From contig OX597827.1 in NCBI GenBank assembly GCA_951406725.2, forward strand, positions 9,238,001 to 9,302,000: a stretch of 64,000 nucleotides of DNA, written 5' to 3'. Of this stretch, positions 28,576 through 42,137 are shown in pieces. This stretch comes from Octopus vulgaris. Taxonomy: Eukaryota. Each line of letters begins with the position of its first letter. Positions within the stretch are counted from its first letter, which is position 1. A program made the position numbers and the translations under genes. The notes beneath the pieces were generated by a model that did no database searches, had not been told where the DNA came from, and saw only the letters and a program-made list of their open reading frames with translations.

Positions 28576-29043
28576 ATAAAAGGCTGGCTTGCACACAAAG
28601 GCAAGGTATACAATCCATGCTGCCCATAAAGACTACAGCTTACTCATGTCAGTTATGCAAGCTCTTCTGTTACCTGACAGCATCGTTACCTACCACGTGA
28701 CAAATGTTGTTGCTACAGGTGCTAATTGACTGCCTGGTGCCAATACCTTGTCTACACGACCATGTGCAGCATCTGGTGTAACGAACTAGTGTTGTTGAAT
28801 ACATCATTCTGCAGAATGCTGACAAAGTGATGTCAACATCCTAATTAAATATAATAACTGATGTCACATTGATAGCATAAACAACCACATGAAATGAACT
28901 GACCATTGGATGCCTAAATACACAGAAGCTACTTTGAATTTCTTCTAAATTCTCTCTGCTCTCTACAAACATCTAACGAGATTATTCCCTTGTTACCAAA
29001 ATTGAAGTCCATAGTTGATACCATCAAATTCACTAACTGAAAA

Positions 29044-29437
29044 TCTTTATATATAAAAGTGAAGTTGTGTGTCTGTCTCCTACGATTTAGATTCCTAACT
29101 ACTCCCAGATTTTGCGGTGCAGTGTAACCAAAAGCGGGTATCTTATAGTCGTGATTCATATCGAGCCCTTCTGGGTATTAGCGCGCATCTACGATGAGTC
29201 TACAATTAAAAGAAAAATTTACCATCATTTTTTCCCATTTTTAATGCATGTTTTTGCTATTATATAAGGGAAGTAACTCTCTAAAAATGTATTATTAAAT
29301 CTCAGAACGTAAAAAGCTACAGAAACACCCCCTTTGTGGTTTGCGATATTGAGATGGCTATTATACTTTACATCTCTAAAAATGCTTATATAGTTATTTC
29401 CCTTACAAACCCGAGCAACGCCGGGTGATACTGCTAG
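29044..29437 (+). mobile_element. Non-autonomous Helitron
   Basis: 5' A|TC-tttatatataaaag; 3' hairpin cccgagcaacgccggg, then CTAG|T; second copy at 57571-57855. Confidence 0.85.
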
Positions 29438-30309
29438 TATATATATAAAATAAATATTGGGGTTGAAGGTATCTATAAGCCCCTCCCCTCAAAATTGCGG
29501 GCCTTTTCAGTTTTAGTAATACAACTGTTAGTGCCATAACTTTTGCCTTTTTTGCCTTTAGCATATGGTAGATGCATCATGTTGCTGTACGAGTTTTCTC
29601 CCCTCTCAATGCAATGCAATGCACCTGCAACTACAGGGGAGATAACTTATATGGTGCCATGATGTGCCAAAGCATGCTAAAGGTTAATTAGATAATTTCT
29701 CATCTGTTGTACTACTCTTACAGACATTTGAAATGTTGCATAACATACAGCTGATGTTCTTTTGAAACAGCTGTAGAGCTCAACGACCTTTTCCATTCCT
29801 TCTATTTACAGATTTGAACATTACATTACAAGTAACAATTTTTGCTTCTGAGATGCAGTTGTATAGCACTTATCATCTTAGCAGTTTCTTCCTAATCTTA
29901 ATACGGGACGAACTATATCTGATTAATAAATTTAACTTCCTTTAGTCTTTTCATACTGTGAGATTATATAATTTTTCTCTTGGCTCATCTGGATTATCTC
30001 ATAGAGCAAAGAAACGTTGCAAAACTCTCCCTCTACAAATTTTTTCCCTCTAATTGTGATGCATTTAAAATTCTTGTTTGTTCGTTTAGTGTTGAGGGAT
30101 GGTTTGTTTTCACACAGATGCTATATGATAAAGCCACAGTATTTGGTATCATGTAAAAGTTGCTGTTGTTGTGCTTGCTGTTGTCACTCGCACTCCCTTC
30201 CAAATGATTTATTTGCATGTTTGAGATATTCCCTTTTAGTTATTGTTCACTGTACTCTCTCTTTTCTCTCTCTTTTACTTGTTTCCTATGTAGCAATTTT
30301 ACAGTTTCC

Positions 30310-30700
30310 TATGTAGCAATTTTGCTACCTGGTTGTGTCACCACAACTTGTAGTGCTTTTGGGCAAGTCTAGGGCATTCGTTCGTAATATGGGCAATGGT
30401 TTCATCCACTCTATTGCAGATGCAGCACAGCAGAGACACTTGCTTATTCCTAACGTTGACCCCCCCCCCCCCCAGTTCATGGCCAAAGCTTGGTCTTGCA
30501 CTGCCAGTATAATGCACCCAGCCTCTTTTCTTAGGGTTCCTTTCATCAGCAAATCTCATCTATTTTTTTCCAGCAACTTCTGTTGTGGCTACATGGAATT
30601 GATTTTGTAGTCCTTTCTTGCATAATTCTTCTTCATGTCCTTTTTGAAATTCTTCCTTTGTTTCCCCTTTTTTCTCTGCTCTAAATACCCCCTCTTTCCT
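30310..30700 (-). mobile_element. Degraded Dong/R4 fragment (CCHC region)
   Basis: LRKEAGCIILAVQDQAL and CCICNRVDETIAHITNECPRLAQKHY..HNQVA motifs, with frameshifts. Confidence 0.75.
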
Positions 30701-30723
30701 AATTATTATTATTATTATTATTA

Positions 30724-31274
30724 TTGAGTGAGAGAGCAGTGCATGCCATCAAAGTGACACTGGGGTACAAATATACGAAGCCCAGTATACCCATCATGAC
30801 TACCCGTCTGATAAGGGTACTCCAGGCACATGCATCACAACCATATGTGCACGACATGGTGATCTCATATCAAGATAAACAGCACATGACCTTGCAGGTG
30901 GGGCCCAGTTAGAATTTTCTTCAGGTTGAGTAGCCCATCCCGCTCAAAAGGTCCCTGAATAAGGGTTGCTTTAGGATGATGAACGAAACACTCATGTTTC
31001 CAAAGGTGAATTATTCTCACCCCAAAGAATCCCTCTCAACACATGGCTATGATGCTTCCCCACTACTTCTGCTCATGATCAGAGATGCACATATCGTCAG
31101 CCGCTAAGGGACATGTTCAACTGGTTAAGGTCAAACAACTGACAAGCAAATCTGTGGTATTGAGCAGAATATTTGCTGTAACCCATCTTTTATACCAAGA
31201 CAAAACAATGTACATGATAACACTTCCAATCAGTTAAGATCAGAAGCCATGAGAGCCGCTGCCTGGTACTGCAA

Positions 31275-31277
<3 letters not shown>
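30724..31277. mobile_element. Family D: ~550-bp non-coding interspersed repeat in a (TAA)n tract
   Basis: tgagtgagagagcagtgc...gcctggtactgca; homologous copies at 37464, 46990 and 61012. Confidence 0.85.
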
Positions 31278-31315
<38 letters not shown>

Positions 31316-31705
31316 TCTGATTTAGGTACAAGGTCAAGAGTTTTCAGGGGCAGGAATTGATCTCAGACCATAAAAAAAAAAAAAAAAATACAGAAGAACT
31401 ACTGTGATGCATTTTGTCTGTTGCTCTAGCGATTCTTCCAAGCTACAATTAATAATTTGTGCTTTGGCAAAAAGCCACAAGTGTACAGAAAAAGGGTATA
31501 ATTGGTAGATTGCCAGGAGAGCAAATGAATTATATAGATGTAAGAATAGAAGAAAAAGGAAAACAAGCTATAAAGAAATTGAAATTCTGAAAGATAATTA
31601 CACACTGTAAGCTATTAACAGATAAGGACTTACAAATTGTGGTTACATGAATTAAGATTTAGTTAAATGGTATTAAAGGTATAAAGGTATAAAGGTATAA
31701 TACCA

Positions 31706-32372
31706 GGCGGCGAGCTGGCAGAAATGTTAGCATGCCGGGCGAAATGCGTAGCCATATTTCGTCTGCCATTACGTTCTGAGTTCAAATTCCGCCGAGGTCA
31801 ACTTTGCCTTTCATCCTTTCGAGGTCGATTAAATAAGTACCGGTTACGCACAGGGGTCGATATAATCGACTTAATCCGTTTGTCCTCTCTGTGTTTAGCC
31901 CCTTGTGGGTAGTAAAGAAATAGGTATTAAAGGTATAAAGGTATAAAGGTATAAAGATGGTGACCTGGCAGAAGCGTTAACATGCCGGTCCAAATGCCTA
32001 GCGGTATTTCATCTGCCGCTACATTGTGAGTTCAAATTCCGTCAAGGTCGACTTTGCCTTTCATCCTTTTGGGGTTGATAAATTAAGTACCAGTTACGCA
32101 CTGGGGTCGATGTAATCGACTTAATACCTATGTCTGTCCTTGTTTGTCCCCTCTATGTTTAGCCCCTTGTGGGTAATAAAGAAATAGGTATTTCATCTGC
32201 CATTACGTTGTGAGTTCAAATTCCGTCGAGGTCGACTTTGCCTTTCATCCTTTCGGGGTGGATAAATAAAGTACCAGTTACGCACTGGGGTCGATGTAAT
32301 CGACTTAATACCTATGTCTGTCCTTGTTTGTCCCCTCTGTGTTTAGCCCCTTGTGGGTAATAAAGAAATAGG
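31706..32372 (+). mobile_element. Cluster of three SINE C units
   Basis: First copy flanked by the ~32-bp duplication ggtattaaaggtataaaggtataaaggtataa; followed by a full plus truncated dimer. Confidence 0.9.
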
Positions 32373-33104
32373 TCTTAAAGGTATTGCAGAAAACATCAAA
32401 CTAACACTAGAAAAGTAAAGAACACCCCCTTCGTTTGTTCAAAATTAATAACATAGGTAATGCAGGATGATGATGGCAACAAATCAGTTAAGTGGTTTGA
32501 GACCAGGTAAAGATGAATTAATAGGATTCTGGCAAGCTTATGGGAAAGAAAAAGCCCAGCACCATCATTGCTATTGAAAGGAAGAATAACAGAGAAGTTG
32601 TGAGTGGAAGTCAAAGGTGTGAAAGACATTCAAGAGAATTGAAGAAAAACTGAAAATGGGTTTGCACCAAGTATTGATAGTATTCAGAATTACTGGTGGA
32701 AGGAAAACTTATGCTGTATGTGGAAATTAATCAGTGATGAAATACAAGTGTAGGTTTTTAATCTACATGCCATTTTGAATTACAATACACTGGGTTGAAC
32801 TGTCCTTCTTTCTTCCTAAGTTTGAAAACTTGCGTGACAAAGAGAATTTCATGGCTTATACTATTTAAAACCTCAGGCAATATATTTCTGCCGGAATGTG
32901 AATTAGGAATATGAAGAACTACGAAGAACCATGCTGATCAAAATGACAAGTGACTCAGGAGAAGTCAGATAGGTACATGTCAAACAGTTCTTGGTAGAGT
33001 AGACAAATTGAGAATTAATAATAGAATCGGAAACCGCCATTGATAATAAAAACATGGCTGTTTTCTTTGACTACCAGAAAACTTATTACAATAATATCAT
33101 GTTT

Positions 33105-33640
33105 GTCTTTTACTTGTTTCAGTCATTGGACTGCTGCCATACTGAAGTACATTGAAAGGTTTATTCAAACAAATTCATCCCAGAGTTGATATTTTAAGTC
33201 CGGTACTTATTCTAACGATATCTTTTGCTGAAACGCTAATAGGGACAAAAACAAACCAACACCGATTGTTAAGTGATGGTGGGGGGCCAAGCACAAACAC
33301 AATGACACAGATACACAGACTATATTCTCTTTTACTGTTTTACTTGTTTCAGTCATTTGACTGCGGCCATTCTGGAGCACCGCCTTTAAGTTGAGCAAAT
33401 CGACCCCAGGACTTATTCTTTGTAAGCCTAGTACTTATTCTATCGGTTTCTTTTGCCGAACCGCTAAGTAACGGTTGTCAAGCGATGTTGGGGGGACAAA
33501 CACAGACACTTAAACACGCACACACATATACATACATATATATATATACACACATATATACGACAGGCTTCTTTCAGTTTCCGTCTACCAAATCCACTCA
33601 CAAGGCTTTGGTCGGCCCGAGGCTATAGTAGAAGACCATA
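33105..33640 (-). mobile_element. Two SINE family A fragments
   Basis: Tail motif tttacttgtttcagtcatt occurs at 33108 and 33338. Confidence 0.85.
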
Positions 33641-33732
33641 CCAAAGCAGACAACAGCTTTGCAGAGAACTCTGAGGGTGTGTCAGCTCCTGTCAAAACCA
33701 TCCAATTTATTCCAGCATGGAAAACACATTAA

Positions 33733-34684
33733 CCTTTTATTATTCAAACCAGCCATATCCACCCCAAATATCCTACCTGTTTTATCTTCAAGCCAGCCAG
33801 GTCAAGCCTCTCACACCTACCCTATAATGTCATTCTAAAAGTAAACATCCACGTCACTGAAATCCCAAAGCTATGAGTTAATCTATGATTAATTCAAAGC
33901 AATATGAATGAACGATTATTAAATTTGACTGAGTAATCTGAATATTTAACCCTTTTGATACCAACTTGGCTGAAACCGGCTCTGGCTCTGTAGTACAAAT
34001 GTCTTGTTTTCATAAGTTCTGAATTAAAATCTTCCACCAAACCTTAGTCACAATTTATGTTCCTAACATTAGCTGAATGATAACTAAGTTATTTTACTAA
34101 ATTCTTTGTTATATTTAAAATTAATTGAAACAAACACAGATCATCTCAACAGAAATAGGGTAACAAAAGGGTTAAAATATATAATAGAGAAAAAATTCTT
34201 AACCCTTTGGATACCAACCTGACTGAAACTGCATCTGGCTCTGTAGTACAAATGTCTTGTTTTCATAAGTTCTGAATTAAAATCCTCCACCAGACCTTAG
34301 TCACAATTTATGTTCCTAACACTAGCTGAATGATAACTAAGTTATTTTACTAAATTCTTTGTTATATTTAAAATTAATTGAAAGAAACACAGAGCATCTC
34401 AACAGAAATAAGGTAACAAAAGGGTTAAAATATATAATAGAGAAACAATTCTTAACCCTTTGGATACCAACCTGGCTGAAACTGCATCTGGCTCTGTAGT
34501 ACGAATGTCTTGTTTTCATAAGTTCTGAATTAAAACCTTCCACCAGACCTTAGTCACAATTTATGTTCCTAACATTAGCTGAATGATAACTAAGTTATTT
34601 TACTAAATTCTTTGTTATATTTAAAATTAATTGAAAGAAACACAGAGCATCTCAACAGAAATACGGTAACGAAAGGGTTAAGGG
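33733..34684. mobile_element. piggyBac-like MITE carrying three tandem 222-bp piggyBac-like MITEs (33950-34171, 34203-34424, 34456-34677)
   Basis: Each inner unit is TTAA|CCCTTT...AAAGGG|TTAA with a 253-bp period; the outer element matches the MITE at 39863-40992. Confidence 0.85.
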
Positions 34685-35718
34685 TTGATAATGGTGATGT
34701 CTCTGTTAGCAAACAACGTCAACATCAGAGAGATAGAAAATAACAATATTTTCTGTGGTATTTAATTTTCAAATCAGTCGTAAATTTTCAAACAAACTAA
34801 TAATTAAGGCCCACTTACAAACTTTGTCCCATCACAAATAGGGAGGAGAATGAAGGAACTTGAATTAATATCAATCTAATATATATAATAATCCCATCAA
34901 ATATTCCACTCCATATTGTGTTGTTTGTCCTTCTTGCACATATGCAAATACATTCATGCACAAATCAAATAAGGGAAACTCCTACAAGGGAACCTGAATG
35001 TGGTTGCTTGATTTGCTAGAAATAGCAGACAAGACTCCTTCAGATCACTCCATGCAATCTCGAATTGGTAAAGAGAGACATTAGATAATTTGATCCGACG
35101 TGGCCTTACAAAGATAGGACGGAATGCTTTCCTTTTTGCAGAGAATGTACCTTCTCTGAGCTGACCAAGGGCTAAACAGCAACTACAACAACAACAATAA
35201 CAACAGAATTGACTATCGTTACCCAAGGGAACGGGTAGTTGCATAACTATGGCGCTCTCAATCTACCCAATTATGTCTCAAATTCTTTCTTTTCCTTCCT
35301 TCTTTCCTTCCTTCTTTCTTCTTCTCATCTCCTCTTCCTCTCTCTCTCTCTCTCTCTCTCTGTCTCACTGTCTCTGTCTCTCTCTTTCAATATCATCCCC
35401 CTCCCTCTTTTTTTCCTCTCTCTCTCTCTCCTTCTTTTCCTCTCTCTCTCTCTCTCCTTCTTTTCCTCTCTCTCTCTCTCTCTCTGTCTCACTGTCTCTG
35501 TCTCTCTCTTTCAATATCATCCCTCTCCCTCCTTTTTTTCTTCTCTCTCTCTCCTTTTTTCCTCTCTCTCTCTCTCCTTTTCCTCTTCTTCTTCTTCTTC
35601 TTCTTCTTCTTTTTCTTCTTCTTCTTCTCTTTCCCTTGCTCTTCCTATCTCTCCGTCCTCGCTCTCCTTCCTTCTATTACTCACACATGCAGCTCACAGA
35701 TATGTACATTATCAATTA

Positions 35719-35764
<46 letters not shown>

Positions 35765-36310
35765 CCACCACCACCACCACCACCACCACCACCACCACCT
35801 TCGTCGTCGTCACCACCACCACCACCATCATCACCATCGTTTCTATAATATAGTAGAAATTAAATATGTTATGAGTGTGCATCTCTCTTTTACATATTTA
35901 GGGAAATGCTTTGGTTTTTATTATCTGTCCAACGAAATTATAACTCAATTTCTTTGATGTATATTCCTCGTATTTACTGTTAGTTCTTTGTAAAGCAATG
36001 GAAATTCCATACAAACTTTGCAATATTTGTTCTGTAAATTATTTACCATGTGCATATTTATCTAAATAATTGGAGATAAGGCATTTTAATCTACCATTGC
36101 AATATCATCAGACATGCTGTAATATTGGCATGTGTGTATATAATGAAATAGCAATAGAGAGTCTGCTGTTAGATTATTAGATTTTTCCTGATAAATCATA
36201 TTAAGGTATAAAATTTCTCATCACTGAGACTCCCTTTTAGAAATCATTAATCAATGAATTGAGCAGTTCTTCCAAATTTACATTATTAATATTGTTGCTG
36301 TTGTTGTTGC

Positions 36311-36364
<54 letters not shown>

Positions 36365-36574
36365 CATCATCATCACCCTCCCCCTATCCTTTATATAAAC
36401 CCTCACACAAAATGTAAAATGTCCTTGTTAAAATGTACTCCTTATCTGATGCCCTTCTGGCAAATAAAAGAAATCATCGTTGCCATCGTCATCATCGTCA
36501 TTGCTCATCTCCTCCTCCTCCTCATCATCATCATCATTACCACCACCACCGCTGCCGCTGCCATCATCATCATT

Positions 36575-37463
36575 ATCAAGGCAATGTACTGACAAAATTG
36601 TTTGTTAGCCCACAAGGCAAAAAATGCTTAGTGGCATTTCTTACAACTTTCTGTTCTGAATTCACATGCCCCCGCCCCAACATTGATTTTTTGCCTTTCA
36701 TCCTTTCAGGTTCTATAAAATAAATACCAGTTGAGCAAAGGGATCGATGTAATTATTTAGCCTCTGCCCCAAATTTCCAGGCCTTGTGGCCATAGTAGAA
36801 AGGATTATTAAAGCAATTTGTCTATCTTAATGTTCCAAGTTCAAACTCTACAAAGACCAACATTGCCTTTCATTCTTTTGGCATCAATAAAATGGGTACC
36901 AGTAGCATACTGGGGTCGATGAAATCAACTAATGCCCTGCCTCTAAAATTGCTGGACTTGTGCTAAAGTTAAAACGAATTAGTTATTATTATTTGTTTCT
37001 TTATTACCCACAAGGGGCTAAACACAGGGGACAAACAAGGACAGACAAACGAATTAAGTCAATTACATCGACCCCAGTGCGTAACTGGTACTTAATTTAT
37101 TGACCCCGAAAGGATGAAAGGCATAGTCGACCGCGGCGGAATTTGAACTCAGAACGTAGCGGCAGACGAAATACGGCTACGCATTTCGCCCGGCGTGCTA
37201 ACATTTCTGCCAGCTCGCCACCGAATTAGTTATTATTATTGAGTGAGAGAAAGGCTGCGAGCTGGTAGAATCGTTAGCATGTTAGGTGAAATGCTTAGTT
37301 GTATTTCATCTACAACTACATTCTGCATTCAAATTCCGCTGAGGTCAACTTTACCTTTCATCCTTTTGGGGGTTGATAAATTAAGTACCAGCTGCATATT
37401 GGGGAGTCTATGTAATTGACTTAATCCCTTCCCCAGAATTTGAGGCCCTGTGCTTCCTGTAGA
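36575..37463. mobile_element. SINE C cluster in mixed orientation
   Basis: Young minus copy at ~36993-37221 with the 19-bp TSD cgaattagttattattatt; older plus-strand copies on either side. Confidence 0.8.
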
Positions 37464-38007
37464 AAGTGAGAGAGCAGTATGTGCTGTCAAAGGGTTGCTG
37501 GTGTAGAAATATACAAAATCTAATGTACTCATCTGGACTACCCATCTGATAAGAGTACAGCAGGTACATACTTCACAATCATATGTGCACAACATGGTGA
37601 CCTTGTGTCAAGATAAACAGTGCACGACCTTGCAGGTGGGACCCAGATAGGATTTTCTTTAAATCGAGTAACCTATCCCGCTCAAAAGGTCCCAGAATAA
37701 TGGTTACTTAAGGATGATAAATGAAATGTCCATGTTTCCAGGGGTGAATTATTCAAACCCCAAGGAATTCCTCACAACAAATGACTATGATGCTTCTCTA
37801 CTCCTGCTCATGATCAGTGATGTATATATCAGCAACTAAGGGACATGCTCAACTGGTTATGGTCAAACAAGTGACAAGCAAATCTATGGTATTGAGCAGA
37901 ATATTTGCTGTAGGCCAACTTTTACACCAAGAGAAAATATTTAGATGTTAACACTTTCAGTGAGTTAGGATTAGAAGCCACAAGAGCCACTGCCTGGTAC
38001 TGCAATC
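37464..38007. mobile_element. Family D copy (diverged)
   Basis: Aligns with 30724-31277; its tgagtgagaga end at 37240 is separated by a SINE C insertion and abuts ttattattatt. Confidence 0.8.
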
Positions 38008-38155
38008 CCAGGAATGGCAGGGTTACTCGGAGTATTGCTTGTTTGAGATAAACTCTACAGTCATAGAAGTGTTATCAGTGAAGTGTATCCAAAATGTGTG
38101 CAGGGCATGTTGTCTTTCATCTCATTGGGGATGATGTATATATCTTTCACTGATG

Positions 38156-38968
<813 letters not shown>

Positions 38969-39111
38969 ATATATGTATCTCTCAAGTACTTAAATCTCAT
39001 AGATTTTAGTACTTGACCTCAAGCCTATATTACCAATTGGAATTATTACAAGGAATAACAAGGCAAGTTAATTTGCCAGTCATTAGAGTGTTGGACAGAA
39101 CACTTCACAGT

Positions 39112-39498
39112 GGATGGAAGCACTCCGTTGGTTACGACGATGAGGGTTCCGGTTGATCTGAATCAACGGAACAGCCTGCTCATGAAATTAACGTGTAAGT
39201 GGCTGAGCACTCCACAGACACGTGCACCCTTAACGTAGTTCTTGGGGATATTCAGCGTGACACAGAGAGTGACAAGGCCGGCCCCTTGAAATACAGGTAC
39301 AACAGAAACAGGAAGTAAGAGTGAGAGAAAGTTGTGGTGAAAGAGTACAGCAGGGATCACCACCATCCCCTGCCGGAGCCTCGTGGAACTTTTTAGGTGT
39401 TTTCGCTCAATAAACACTCACAACGCCCGGTCTGGGAATCGAAACCGCGATCCTATGACCGTGAGTCCGCTGCCCTAACCACTCGGCCATTGCGCCTC
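39112..39498 (-). mobile_element. tRNA-derived SINE family B, full length
   Basis: TSD cacttcacagt; inserted into an old SINE C head; nearly identical to 40477 and 42138. Confidence 0.9.
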
Positions 39499-39862
39499 AA
39501 CTCACTTCACAGTATTTGTTCCAACTCTCTCTTTGCATTCTACGTTCAAATCCTGCTGAGGTTGAATTTGCCTTTCATCTTTTGGGGGATCAGTGTAGTG
39601 AATTGTCAGGATTGTTTGAACACCAGCCTTGCCACATCTGTCCTGCTGCTATGGACTCAGAGTTCAAATTTAATTGAGGTCAACTGGCCTTGTAATGTTT
39701 CGGATAGTGAAATAAAATTAAGTACCAATCAAGTACTGGAATTAATTTAATCTACTACACCTTCTTCTTAAAATTGGTGGCCTGACACCATTGTTAGAAA
39801 TCAATATAGAATAATAATAAAATGTAATAATATTGCTGCAACTTCGCTGCCAAATTTATTAA

Positions 39863-40992
39863 CCCTTTAGCATTTAAAATGGCCATATCCTGCCAAATAT
39901 TCTACCTGTTTTGCACTCAAACTGGTCAGGTCTGGCTTCTCACAACAACCCTACAATATCATCCTAAAAATTAACAGTTATAGGTGCAGGAGTGGCTGTG
40001 TGGTAAGTAGCTTGCTTACCAACCACATGGTTCCGGGTTCAGTCCCACTGCGTGGCATCTTGGGCAAGTGTTTTCTACTATAGTCTAGGGCCGACCAAAG
40101 CCTTGTGAGGGGATTTGGTAGACGGAAACTGAAAGAAGCCCGTCGTATATATGTATATATATATATATATGTGTGTGCGTGTGTGTTTGTGTGTCTGTGT
40201 TTGTCCCCCTAGCATTGCTTGACAACCGATGCTGGTGTGTTTATGTCCTCGTCAGTTAGCGGTTCGGCACGAGAGACCGATAGAATAAGTACTAGGCTTA
40301 CAAAGAATAAGTCCCGGTGTTGAGTTGCTCAACTAAAGGCGGTGCTCCAGCATGGCCACAGTCAACTGACTGAAACAAGTAAAAGAGAAAGAGAGATATC
40401 CTGCCAAATATTCTACCTGTTTTGCACTCAAACTGGTCAGGTCTGGCTTCTCACAACAACCCTACAATATCATTCTGGTGGAAACACTCCGTCGGTTACG
40501 CCGACGAGGGTTCCGGTTGATCTGAATCAGTGGAACAGCCTGCTCGTGAAATTAACGTGTAAGTGGCTGAGCACTCCACAGACACGTGTACCCTTAACAT
40601 AGTTCTCGGGGATATTCAGTGTGACACAGAGAGTGACAAGGCCGGCCCTTTGAAGTACAGGTACAACAGAAACAGGAAGTAAGAGTGAGAGAAAGTTGTG
40701 GTGAAAGAGTACAGCAGGGATCACCACCATCCCCTGCCGGAGCCTCGTGGAGCTTTTAGGTGTTTTCGCTCAATAAACACTCACAACGCCCGGTCTGGGA
40801 ATCGAAACCGCGATCCTATGACCGCGAGTCCGCTGCCTAACCACTGGGCCATTGCGCCTCCACTTTATATCATTCTAAAAATTAACAGTTACCTCATCAA
40901 AATCTCAAAGCTACAAAATAATGCACAACTAGTTCAAAACAATGTGAATAAGTAACCACTACTTTTGACAAAATAATGTGAATACTAAAGGA
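39863..40992. mobile_element. piggyBac-like MITE interrupted by SINE A (39981-40395, +) and SINE B (40477-40863, -)
   Basis: TTAA|ccctttagcatt ... aatactaaagga|TTAA; SINE B TSD atatcattct; SINE A is flanked by a 96-bp duplication. Confidence 0.85.
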
Positions 40993-41152
40993 TTAAACTG
41001 CATTTGGTAGTTGTAGTTGAGATTCCAGCTTGGGAATTCAACAGTTTTATGGAATATGGAGTTACCTCTTCGTTAACACAGTCCTAAGTCTGTTCTGATC
41101 CAAGGTGGATCCTAACCCTAACTTATCAAGGGATCCAGTTATGGGTCAAATT

Positions 41153-41404
41153 GTATCAGGACAATTACCCTCCGAGGACAATTACCCCTACCACCACCAC
41201 CACCACCATAGGAAATAGGACAGGATTTATGTACCTGCGTTCATCAACATGCCACCAGTTAATAGAAAAATATTAAGGTACCTGATTACTCCCTCTATGA
41301 TATTATAAGAAATTTTAAATCCTCATCTGCTGTCCTCAGGGGTAATTGTCCTTTGTGTGTGTGGGGGGGTTATTGTCCATGGTGGGGGTAATTGCCCTAG
41401 ACTC
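41153..41404. mobile_element. MITE-like element with repeated subterminal motif
   Basis: ggacaattaccc twice on the left; the inverted gggtaattgtcc / ggttattgtcc / gggtaattgccc on the right. Confidence 0.6.
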
Positions 41405-41705
41405 AGGTCAAATAGCTGAAGAGAGTCCTGCAGCATGTGGTGAGAATGGATGTGGATAGCTTAAAAATGAAGGACAAACTTTGAACAAAGGTAATCCTAA
41501 GAAAAGAAAATATGGTTATATCTGCAACACCTTTCATCCTATGTCTGTTTAATTATGATTAACCTGGGAAGAAAAAGTGTGTGTAAATCTTCAATATCAG
41601 TTTAGAGTATTTTCCTCCAAGAAATCTGGGAACTGATCTTTGTTCTGGAAATAAGTTTAACTCTGCTTGAATATTTTCTAATTATGTAGACATTTATTCA
41701 CTTAC

Positions 41706-41715
41706 TAATGCATTT
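41706..41715 (-). other. Candidate 10-nt microexon (AAATGCATTA)
   Basis: Very strong acceptor ttttttttctttattttatgcag followed 10 nt later by the consensus donor gtaagt. Confidence 0.3.
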
Positions 41716-42137
41716 CTGCATAAAATAAAGAAAAAAAATGAGTTTTTAAATTGCAATTTCATTAAAATTTTAGAGTATTAATATTACTATTTATATAGAG
41801 CCTCATTATCTTGGAACATATCTCATTTATATAACATTTTCATTCAAAAATATATAGACATTACTACTATATTCTCTCAAGTTTTAGGCAATAAATTACT
41901 GATGATTATAAATGATTTTATATATTCTTATGACATCAGCAACATACAGTTCTTACTGGTAAGAAAAAAGTTTCTAAAATGGAAGGAGAAATTTAATGAA
42001 TTGCTTTGGTCCAATGTTTGTAATGTTGCTATGTCTACTGGAAACGAAGATTTGAGCCCCGTAAGCAACCACTGACTTTTTTTTTCTATCAAAAGGGGTT
42101 TTCAATCCAATATCTACAAGCTATTATTTCTAGTGTT

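Noticed and set aside
27959-28700. Poly-Ile/Leu/Tyr/Asn ORFs of ~200 aa (also 61360-62119)
   Set aside because: (TAA)n/(TTA)n arrays, not proteins.
37990-38020. Similarity of cctggtactgcaatcccaggaatgg to U2 snRNA stem-loop IV
   Set aside because: Short match spanning a repeat/flank junction; other family D copies lack the second half; no Sm site or branch-pairing region.
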